DNA of 64,000 nt from Patescibacteria group bacterium (GTDB lineage Bacteria > Patescibacteriota > Microgenomatia > 0-14-0-10-38-17). Position 1 is the stretch's first letter. Every line of letters starts with the position of its first letter. A program made the translations under genes and the position numbers. The DNA lies in the NCBI GenBank assembly GCA_050947035.1, contig JBMNVW010000001.1, forward strand, positions 48,967-112,966. The letters run 5' to 3'. Below are positions 56,764-64,000 of the stretch, in pieces. The notes beneath the pieces are model-generated. The model ran no database searches and was not told the DNA's origin. It saw only the letters and a list, made by a program, of their open reading frames with translations.

Positions 56764-59106
56764 TTATAATTTAGCTCGTCGGGTAATCTGCGCCTCAATT
56801 ACCGCTTTGTCCTTGCCATACTTTAGTCGAGACAGCTCAATAATATTCTTAGCCAGCTCCGGTTTCTCTAAAACCTTCTCCTTAGTCATATCCTTAGTCA
56901 AATCAAGAGAGAATGGCGGCACCGGTTCATTATTAACAATTGTTTTAACATAGGCGTTAAACCTCTCGATATTAAGAAGATCGTTTTCAGAAAAATCGGG
57001 CTGGAACTCATGTTGAAGGTAGGAGGCATCGGCTACCCCCACCCGAAAAGAAATCAAGCTCCCCACATTGCCAAAAACAGCGTTTTTAACTTCTTCTTCC
57101 ATCTGACCAATAAACTGATTGGCCACTGCCAAATTAAGATGATATTTTCTGGCTTCGGATAAAATCTGGGCAAAGTCTGGAGTAGCAAAATTTTGGAACT
57201 CATCAACATAAAGATAAAAATCGCGCCTTTTCTCTTCGGGAATATCCTGTCGGCTCATGGCGGCAATTAAAATCTTGGGTACCAAAACCAAACCCAAAAA
57301 GCTTGAGTTTTCTTCGCCAATCTTGCCTTTAGCCAAATTAATTAAAAGAATTTTCCCCTCATCCATTACTTTTCTAAAATCAAAAGATGATTGAGATTGA
57401 CCGATAATGTTGCGCATCATACTATCAGTAACAAAACGGCCAAATTTGGAAACAATATAATCCAAAACTTCGCTTTTATGAAAGTCTGATGTTTGAGCAA
57501 TCTGATCGGTCCAATAACGTTTAACCATTGGGTCCTTAATTTTAGGCAGTAACTCTTGAACATAGGAAACATCGGTTAGGACCCGAACCACCTCAACAAA
57601 AGTCGCTCCCGGTTCCGACATTACCGTTAACATCGCATTCCTAATAGCATGCTCAAAACGGGGACCAATAATACCGGTTTTATAAGGATCATAAAGCTTG
57701 TACATCAAATTAATAATTGAAGAAACAACAAAGTTTTTTTGCTCCTCAGTATAAGCCTCCAGTAAATTAAGACCCATGGGGCGAGCAGTATCGGAAGGGT
57801 CAAAATAAATTACATCTTCGGCCCGATCGGCAGGAATTCTAGGCAGAATTTTTTCAATCGTATCGTGGGGATCAATAAAACAAACTCCTTTGCCTTCTTC
57901 AATATCCTGGACAATCATCTGTTTTAATAGCTCGGACTTACCGGTGCCAGTTTTACCAATAATATAAAGGTGGCGACGACGATCGTCATCAGATAAACAA
58001 ACCGGACGAACCTCACCCCGATGAACGCTTTTGCCTAAATAAAGACCGGTTTTGGGCACTTCCGACGGCACTGGGGCTCGTTTGGCATTAAGCCAAGCAA
58101 TATTGGGCGTTTCAACAGTCTTGTTAGGAAGATGAAATATCGTCGCCAATTCGGCTGAATTAAGAATAATCTTTTTTCTATTCCATGGCCAAAGCGGCCA
58201 ATATCGATAAATAAAATTAATCATAAAAGCTCGCTTCCACCAAACTTTTTTACTGCTCAGGCCATTTTGGTCAGAATTAAATTGAGAAAGAGCGCTTTTG
58301 ATTGATGACAAATGCGCCTTGGCTTGATCGGTAGTTTTAGAACAAACCACTACCCGCAATTCCACCTCAAAACCGGGCTTAGCACACTTTTCTTCTATTT
58401 TTTCCAAAGTCTTACTATCCATCTTAAACTCGGCCTCTTCAGGATCAGCCTCTTTCTTTTTGGTCGAAGATAAAAACGACTTACCAATTTTTTGCCACTT
58501 ATTTCCTGCTGGCGATATTAAAATTTGGATAGCCACTCCTTCACCTTCAGCTAATTTAGATAAGGTTGAGGTTAAAGAAGAAAGGGGATCAACCGAAAAA
58601 TCCTGATAGGTTTTAATTGGATAAAAGGGTGAGTTTTTGAATTCGAAGGTTTTATAAACGACTTTGCCTTTTTGGGAGAAAATATTATACTCATCAATCC
58701 GTTTAATTACCGCATTCGGATAAAGACCATAAATTTGTCTCTCTAAAAGATTAACTTTTCCCTGAGGAATGGCAAAATAAAAACGAATGCTGTCCGGAGT
58801 ACCGACAATTTCGGCACTAAAGAAAAATTTCGGCTTTAAAAAAGAAAATTTACCGCCAGCTTTTAAAGAGTGTAGGTTAGTAAACAGTTGTTCGGCGGCG
58901 TCAATTTTAATTTCATTATCTCGAGGCAAAATTACTTGCAGTAAGACCAAATCAAGAGAGTGTTTTTCCCGATTTCTTTCCCGCCAAAGCAAAAACAAAA
59001 AATAAAACAAAAAACCCAAAAGGGCAAGACAAAAAAAACCCACTACCAACAAGATAATAGAACGGGCTAGAAAATAAAATAAATCATTTAAATTATAAAT
59101 CGTCAT
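56764..59106 (-). CDS. VirD4/TraG/TraD-like type IV coupling protein family membrane ATPase (FtsK-HerA superfamily)
   Basis: 780 aa; N-terminal TM helix, Walker A IIGKTGTGKSE, Walker B LYVDEFQNF. Translationally coupled to the upstream small ORF (ATGA overlap). Confidence 0.55.
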   Translation of the reverse strand: MTIYNLNDLFYFLARSIILLVVGFFCLALLGFLFYFLFLLWRERNREKHSLDLVLLQVILPRDNEIKIDAAEQLFTNLHSLKAGGKFSFLKPKFFFSAEIVGTPDSIRFYFAIPQGKVNLLERQIYGLYPNAVIKRIDEYNIFSQKGKVVYKTFEFKNSPFYPIKTYQDFSVDPLSSLTSTLSKLAEGEGVAIQILISPAGNKWQKIGKSFLSSTKKKEADPEEAEFKMDSKTLEKIEEKCAKPGFEVELRVVVCSKTTDQAKAHLSSIKSALSQFNSDQNGLSSKKVWWKRAFMINFIYRYWPLWPWNRKKIILNSAELATIFHLPNKTVETPNIAWLNAKRAPVPSEVPKTGLYLGKSVHRGEVRPVCLSDDDRRRHLYIIGKTGTGKSELLKQMIVQDIEEGKGVCFIDPHDTIEKILPRIPADRAEDVIYFDPSDTARPMGLNLLEAYTEEQKNFVVSSIINLMYKLYDPYKTGIIGPRFEHAIRNAMLTVMSEPGATFVEVVRVLTDVSYVQELLPKIKDPMVKRYWTDQIAQTSDFHKSEVLDYIVSKFGRFVTDSMMRNIIGQSQSSFDFRKVMDEGKILLINLAKGKIGEENSSFLGLVLVPKILIAAMSRQDIPEEKRRDFYLYVDEFQNFATPDFAQILSEARKYHLNLAVANQFIGQMEEEVKNAVFGNVGSLISFRVGVADASYLQHEFQPDFSENDLLNIERFNAYVKTIVNNEPVPPFSLDLTKDMTKEKVLEKPELAKNIIELSRLKYGKDKAVIEAQITRRAKL

Positions 59107-59441
59107 GACTGCTCCTTAAAGCCAACTTGGGCGCCAAAAATTTTAACCAATCTTTTCGACCATTCGGCCAACCAACGCCAAGAATCTTCTATTTTAGTTC
59201 TTAAGCCCTGTTCATATTCTTCTAGGCTTAAGGGCAAAACAACCTTAGGGTCTTGAGCCTTAGAAGAGGTTACTAAAGTCTGGCCGGTTTGGTCGTCTTG
59301 AATCGGCTGAATTAAATCATGCTCAGCTTTTTTTACTTCTTCAATATGACCGGCCATTTCCGGAGGAATACCCGAGGGTTTTATTTCTATAATCGGATAT
59401 TGATCAAGAGGAGCTAGTCGTTCTTTTTTGGCCGCTGACAT
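59103..59441 (-). CDS. Hypothetical small protein coupled to the T4CP-like ATPase
   Basis: 112 aa; its stop overlaps the start of the 56764..59106 gene. Confidence 0.3.
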   Translation of the reverse strand: MSAAKKERLAPLDQYPIIEIKPSGIPPEMAGHIEEVKKAEHDLIQPIQDDQTGQTLVTSSKAQDPKVVLPLSLEEYEQGLRTKIEDSWRWLAEWSKRLVKIFGAQVGFKEQS

Positions 59442-59462
59442 ATTAGCTATTAGTATACAAGA

Positions 59463-60215
59463 TTACTCCCGTCCTCGCCAAATAGTTTGGGGCAAAATTT
59501 CCTGAACGGTCTTTAAAAATTTTTCTTCTTGATTATAGGAAAAGGGGGTTAGTTTGCTGAACTTATTGTCAAGACAATTTTGGGGGCGAAAACTTTGCAA
59601 CGCCCAAAAACGGTCTTTTTCTTCAATCTCTTGCTCAACAAAAAAAGCCTTAAGCTGATTGGCCATTATTAACAACTCTTTTTCATTGTGAAGACTAGGA
59701 ACCACCGTTGTCCTAAAATCATATTGGCCGCTACCGGTTAAAAACCAATCTAGCACTAGTTTAAAACTCTCCTGAACCTTTTCTGACGGAAATTTCACTC
59801 CAACTGCTTCGGCGTATCTTGACCAGCTAATTTTATAATCTAGAGCAAAATAATCAACCACACCTGCCGTTATCAATTTCTTAACTATTTCGGGCCGGCT
59901 GCCATTGGTGTCTAACTTAAGAGCCAGGCCTCGATCTTTTATCTTTTGACAAAACCCAACAAGATCTTTCTGCAAGGTTGGTTCGCCCCCAGTAATACAA
60001 ACCCCATCCAAAATTTTTTGACGAGAAGATAAAAAATTAAAAAAATCCTCTTCTTTTACCTGCTTATAATCAGATTTTTCAAACGCCTCACGGGAAAGAA
60101 TGTCTTTGTTGTGACAAAAAGGGCAAGCAAAATTGCAACCAACCGTAAAAACTGTACAAGCAACCTTGCCAGGATAATCAACCAAAGTGGTTTTTTCTAA
60201 TCCTCCTAATAACAT
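59463..60215 (-). CDS. nrdG: Anaerobic ribonucleoside-triphosphate reductase activating protein (radical SAM)
   Basis: 250 aa, CNFACPFCHN (CxxxCxxC) cluster motif; downstream of nrdD. Confidence 0.85.
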   Translation of the reverse strand: MLLGGLEKTTLVDYPGKVACTVFTVGCNFACPFCHNKDILSREAFEKSDYKQVKEEDFFNFLSSRQKILDGVCITGGEPTLQKDLVGFCQKIKDRGLALKLDTNGSRPEIVKKLITAGVVDYFALDYKISWSRYAEAVGVKFPSEKVQESFKLVLDWFLTGSGQYDFRTTVVPSLHNEKELLIMANQLKAFFVEQEIEEKDRFWALQSFRPQNCLDNKFSKLTPFSYNQEEKFLKTVQEILPQTIWRGRE

Positions 60216-60241
60216 TTTAAGTCGACCGTTTTTAATTTAAT

Positions 60242-60401
60242 CTCAAACCTTATATTCTTTTCTATCACTGTATTCGGAAGACTTGCCGTTATTCCATTGA
60301 TTAACCGGACGTAAATAACCGACAACACGAGAATAAACTTCGCAAGGAGTACGATCGGCGTTTGTTACTTTTTTGGCAGATTTTTTTGCTTTTTTGTTCA
60401 T
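60242..60401 (-). CDS. Separately encoded NrdD C-terminal glycyl-radical tail (mini-ORF with its own SD; needs a +1 shift at 60300-60302 to read the conserved WNNGK segment)
   Basis: ATG at 60401 is preceded by AAAGGGGGTGA. It encodes MNKKAKKSAKKVTNADRTPCEVYSRVVGYLRPV; frame 0 stops at 60288, whereas the +1 frame continues NQWNNGKSSEYSDRKEYKV* to 60242. Together these match the NrdD C-terminus (compare E. coli RRVCGYLGSPDARPFNAGKQEEVKRR). Confidence 0.6.
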
Positions 60402-60623
60402 TTTTCACCCCCTTTATAAAAAATTTATAATTGTTAAAAATAATTTTTTATAAAGCCCACCAACGATTGCGACAAGAGCCATATACGAATAGTATTAAAA
60501 AGGCGACTGCGAAAATTGGGTGGGGCCCACCTTTTAAATTCAAAGCCCTAAGCTCAAAATTAATTTTTAAATTTTAAAATTTCTTTTGGAATTTAGAGTA
60601 TTTGGAATTTCCAGGAAAAGTGT

Positions 60624-63600
60624 TTACTTTTCCTGGTACCCTATTTCTTCATCGCACTTAGGACAAAATTGCCATTCACCCTTAAGGTAGCCATGAATTG
60701 GACAAATCGAAAAAGTAGGCGTAATCGAAAAATAGGGAAGCTTATAATTTTGAGAAACTTTTTTTATTAAGTTCTTAACGCTTTCGGTATCCGGCAGGCT
60801 TTCTCCTAAAAAACCATGTAAAACTGTATTATGAACAAACACCAGACAGTCCTTGCCAGCCAAATAATTATGGTTTTTCTTGGTCATCAAGTCATAGAAC
60901 AATTTGTTTTCTTTGGGCTTCAGCTTGGTTGTTCTCTTAACCCGCACCACCGGCAGTTGTCTTTTGGTTCGCCGTGATAATTGATTATTTATTCTTGAAA
61001 AATTAAAAGTATTTGTTAATCTATCGCTTATTCTCGTCATCTCATAAGCCGGAATTTTCAATCGCCAGATGTTTTTTTCATTTTTTCTCTTGGTCGGTTT
61101 TTCACTCTTGCTAATTAATATCCCGGCCAGAGTAAATATTTCTAATAAGTCGTCCGTTAATTTAGGGGAAACCGTATAATATTCAAAACTCCCGTCCCGC
61201 CTGGACAAATGTCCGTCACTATCCATTAATCCCGATAAAAATGAAAAAATATTATCGTTGCCAATTATATCTTTTACTTTCTTGGGCACCCCAACACTAT
61301 AAACCTTGCTGCCCGGCAAAAAACCCTTTTTTAGAAAAAAATCTACCGCTTCTTTCTTTGAGGTACTAACCTCCAGCAACCGATCGGATCTTTTGTCATT
61401 TTTTATAACATTAACCATACAGCCAAAATTGTCATTTAAAACTTGGGCAACTTTATTCATCGCCTCTTGATGTTCACTAAAAAACCTCAGTTTATATTTT
61501 TTAAGCTTATTACCGCCCCGATTGTCAATAAATTCTGACAGACAACCATCGCCAATATAAAAACCAATTAACCACATCAATTGATTTTCTAGCTCTCCCT
61601 TATTCGGTAAAATATTATTATTATTTTGTAAAATATAGTCTCCTTTTTTAAGTTCATCGGCCCGCCTGGTAACTACCTGATACTTGGATAGCTGGTGGTA
61701 TTTTTTTCGACAATCAGGATGATAACGCAAATGGGCGGCAAAAGCTTTAACATTTATAACCGGCTGATCACAAATCGGACATTTTTTAGCAACCCGTCTT
61801 TTTTTCATGACAAAAAATGGATGCCAATCAGAAGTAACAATATCAAGACCTCGCTCTCCTTCTATTCTTACTTTCCTCTTGCGCTCAACGTCAATTTCAA
61901 CCGCCTCCAACACTTCGTCCCACTCCGAAACCTCTTTCCCGGAATGATAACTTACCACCCGCAAAGGGCGCAATTTATTAAATTTCTCTACAATCTCCTC
62001 TATGGGCATCAACCCCTTATCGGTTAAAACTTTATTGCCTTCTTCGATACAACCTCCCGTATACTTACACTGCAACTTATCTTGCAAGTCTAGAGCTTCA
62101 AAAATATCCGTCGTATAATCAACTGGTAAATGTGAAGAATTGGTGTAATAAGGGGAGGCGCCATTTTCCTGATAATTCTTTTCGTTGGCACAAATTATTT
62201 TAGGAAATTGTTCTTTATCAAGGCGAGCAAAACGATAGGCAGTACTCTCGGCGGGGGTAGCTTCCAAATTAAACATTTCGCCTGTTTCTTGTTGATAAGC
62301 CAATAGTTTTCCTCTCATATAATCCATTATCTCAAGAGCAAAGGCTTGTCCTTCGGGATCGGCAATATTTTTACCTAAAAAATTAACCATCGCTTCATTC
62401 ATACCGTTTAAGCCGATCGTATTAAAATGGTTGCGCCAATAAACTTTGTTGCGCTTTTTTATGTCTTGTAAATAATGACGACAATAGGGGTAAAGCCCTT
62501 TTTCGGTAAATTCTTCTACGGTTTCTCTTTTGATCATCAAAGAATCTTTAGCCAAATCCATTAAGTGCCCAAGAAGAGTAAAAAACTTTCTTTTAGCAAA
62601 CCCTGGTGTCTTGGAATTAGTCTTAGCCAAATAACCAATTCGAGGTAAATTAATGGTTACCACCCCCAAAGAGCCAGTTAAGGGGTTAGCAGAAAAAAGA
62701 CCACCTCTTCGGCGCAATTCCCGATTATCCAAACGAAGTCGGCAGCACATACTCCGGGCATCATCTGGGTCCATATCAGAATTAACAAAATTAGAAAAGT
62801 AAGGAATACCGTATTTTCTAGTCATCTCCCAAACCGGCTCTAAGTTTTTATTATCCCAATCAAAATCTTTGGTAATTGAATAGGTGGGGATTGGGAAAGT
62901 AAAGACTCGGCCTTGAGCATCACCTTCCATCATATTTTCGGCAAAAGACCGATTGATCATGTCCATCTCTTTTTGGAAATCCTTATACTTGTCTTTCGTT
63001 GGCTTTCCGCCGATAATAACCATCTCTTCTCCCACCATCTTGGTTGGGTGAATATCTAGGGAAATATTAGAAAAAGGGGTTTGAAATCCGACCCGAGTAG
63101 GAACGTTCATATTAAAAACAAATTCCTGAAGGGCTTGCTTAGTCTGCTTATAAGTCAGACCATCATAGCGAACAAACGGGGCCAGGTAAGTATCAAAATT
63201 GGAAATGGCTACCGCCCCGGCCACTTCCCCCTGAATGGTATACATAAAATTAACAATTTGGCCCAAGGCGGAAGAAAAATGCTTGGGGGGGGCGCTATTA
63301 ACCTTACCGGAAACACCACCAAAACCCTTAGCCAAAAAATCTTTTAAATCCCAACCGGTACAATAAGCCGAAAGAGAAGACAGGTCATGAATATGAAGAT
63401 CACCCTGGCGATGAGCTTTTCTTATTTCCCGAGAATAAATTTTATTAAGCCAAAAGTTAGCCGAAATAATGCTAGCCACATGGTTATTTAAGCCCTGCAA
63501 AGAATAAGTCATGTTGGCATTTTCCTTCACTCGCCAATCACCTTGATTTAAATATTTTTCCGTTAGCTCATCAGCATCCACCAAACTACTAACACTTCTT

Positions 63601-63935
63601 AATTTATGGTGAAGTTGACGATAAAGGGTATAGGCGTTATGAACCTCGTCGTGGGAATGTTTAAGCAAGGTTTGCTCGACAATATCCTGAACTTGTTCGA
63701 CTTCGGGAACAATCGAAGAATTAAAGCGCTTTTCTAGTTCTGAAATCACCTCTTTGGCTAATCGACGAACCTCTTGGGCATCATCTTTACCGGCGGCTTT
63801 AAAAGCAGACTTAATCGCCCGGGCAATTTTGCTTGGGCTAAAGGCAACTACTCGACCGTTTCTTTTTTTTATCTTGGCAATTTTTGATTTTATTGCTTTT
63901 CTGGCCATCAATAACACCCTAAAAACCCTCTTCAA
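60624..63935 (-). CDS. nrdD: Anaerobic ribonucleoside-triphosphate reductase (class III) with ATP-cone, containing an intein; ORF ends just after the zinc ribbon, before the glycyl-radical motif
   Basis: 1103-aa ORF. ATP-cone N-terminus (KIKKRNGRVVAFSPSKIARAI), NrdD core, KYTGG|[intein]|TVLHGFLGE, and a C-terminal CPIHG...CPKC zinc ribbon, then stop. The likely start is Met10 (63908). Confidence 0.9.
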   Translation of the reverse strand: MKRVFRVLLMARKAIKSKIAKIKKRNGRVVAFSPSKIARAIKSAFKAAGKDDAQEVRRLAKEVISELEKRFNSSIVPEVEQVQDIVEQTLLKHSHDEVHNAYTLYRQLHHKLRSVSSLVDADELTEKYLNQGDWRVKENANMTYSLQGLNNHVASIISANFWLNKIYSREIRKAHRQGDLHIHDLSSLSAYCTGWDLKDFLAKGFGGVSGKVNSAPPKHFSSALGQIVNFMYTIQGEVAGAVAISNFDTYLAPFVRYDGLTYKQTKQALQEFVFNMNVPTRVGFQTPFSNISLDIHPTKMVGEEMVIIGGKPTKDKYKDFQKEMDMINRSFAENMMEGDAQGRVFTFPIPTYSITKDFDWDNKNLEPVWEMTRKYGIPYFSNFVNSDMDPDDARSMCCRLRLDNRELRRRGGLFSANPLTGSLGVVTINLPRIGYLAKTNSKTPGFAKRKFFTLLGHLMDLAKDSLMIKRETVEEFTEKGLYPYCRHYLQDIKKRNKVYWRNHFNTIGLNGMNEAMVNFLGKNIADPEGQAFALEIMDYMRGKLLAYQQETGEMFNLEATPAESTAYRFARLDKEQFPKIICANEKNYQENGASPYYTNSSHLPVDYTTDIFEALDLQDKLQCKYTGGCIEEGNKVLTDKGLMPIEEIVEKFNKLRPLRVVSYHSGKEVSEWDEVLEAVEIDVERKRKVRIEGERGLDIVTSDWHPFFVMKKRRVAKKCPICDQPVINVKAFAAHLRYHPDCRKKYHQLSKYQVVTRRADELKKGDYILQNNNNILPNKGELENQLMWLIGFYIGDGCLSEFIDNRGGNKLKKYKLRFFSEHQEAMNKVAQVLNDNFGCMVNVIKNDKRSDRLLEVSTSKKEAVDFFLKKGFLPGSKVYSVGVPKKVKDIIGNDNIFSFLSGLMDSDGHLSRRDGSFEYYTVSPKLTDDLLEIFTLAGILISKSEKPTKRKNEKNIWRLKIPAYEMTRISDRLTNTFNFSRINNQLSRRTKRQLPVVRVKRTTKLKPKENKLFYDLMTKKNHNYLAGKDCLVFVHNTVLHGFLGESLPDTESVKNLIKKVSQNYKLPYFSITPTFSICPIHGYLKGEWQFCPKCDEEIGYQEK
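60828..62051 (-). mobile_element. Intein (408 aa) with LAGLIDADG homing-endonuclease domain inserted in NrdD after KYTGG
   Basis: Begins with Cys (CIEEGNKVL) and ends VFVHN followed by the +1 Thr; LAGLIDADG blocks LIGFYIGDGCL and FLSGLMDSDGHL; internal CPICD...HPDC zinc knuckle. Removing it restores the conserved NrdD motif KYTGGTVLHGFLGE. Confidence 0.85.
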
Positions 63936-64000
63936 AAAAATAAATAAAGAACAAGCGACCTGAGAAAAGGCCTATTTTGCCGGGGCAGGCTACCTCTTGT

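Noticed and set aside
60402-60623. Group I intron between nrdD and its glycyl-radical tail (as in phage T4 nrdD)
   Set aside because: The segment is only 222 nt. No recognisable P7 (GACUA/UAGUC-type) core or P4-P6 elements were spotted by eye, and the downstream piece has its own strong RBS and ATG. It is kept as an open alternative in the finding but not called.
1-64000. CRISPR arrays, rRNA genes, prophage structural genes, toxin-antitoxin pairs
   Set aside because: No regularly spaced short direct repeats, no rRNA-like conserved stretches, and no capsid/terminase/portal-like or recognisable TA ORFs were found on either strand.

Overview
This is a gene-dense, low-GC (roughly 40%) stretch of bacterial chromosome that looks like a Candidate Phyla Radiation / Patescibacteria-type genome. 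Evidence for that: compact versions of IF-2 (479 aa), PcrA (600 aa), MetRS (466 aa) and HrcA (241 aa); few canonical Shine-Dalgarno sites; type IV pilus PilN/PilO-like genes; LPXTG-like sorting signal; many envelope glycosyltransferases. Core content: rpsO-pnp (pnp runs off the 5' edge), nusA-infB, a CIRCE-controlled hrcA-grpE-dnaK-dnaJ operon, murJ, metG, rpsT, pcrA, femX-murI, recF, mutM, ftsH, xth, nrdD-nrdG, and four tRNAs (Cys-GCA, two CAT, Ile-TAT). Accessory/unusual content: (1) a family of about 53-bp palindromic REP-like elements (7 copies, both orientations), two of which flank the only transposase-like gene, an IS200/RAYT-type HuH Y1 transposase; (2) a UbiA-family DPPRT (polyprenyl-phosphate phosphoribosyltransferase) clustered with a flavoprotein, two paralogous GT-C glycosyltransferases, a GT4 and a HAD phosphatase, i.e. 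a candidate lipid-linked pentose (DPA-like) pathway; (3) a minus-strand operon of large secreted proteins including a 1024-aa Cys/Gly-rich protein and two twin-arginine (Tat) signal proteins; (4) a run of surface proteins (FN3, Cys-rich, a 46-aa tandem-repeat protein ending in LPEAG plus a TM anchor); (5) a tRNA-rich region with a 54-bp perfect direct repeat of a tRNA 3' end, an Avd-like four-helix-bundle protein, a Xer-type tyrosine recombinase and a VirD4/TraG-like coupling ATPase; (6) an nrdD carrying a 408-aa LAGLIDADG intein whose glycyl-radical C-terminal tail sits in a separate, frameshifted mini-ORF 222 nt downstream. No CRISPR array, rRNA or reverse transcriptase was seen.
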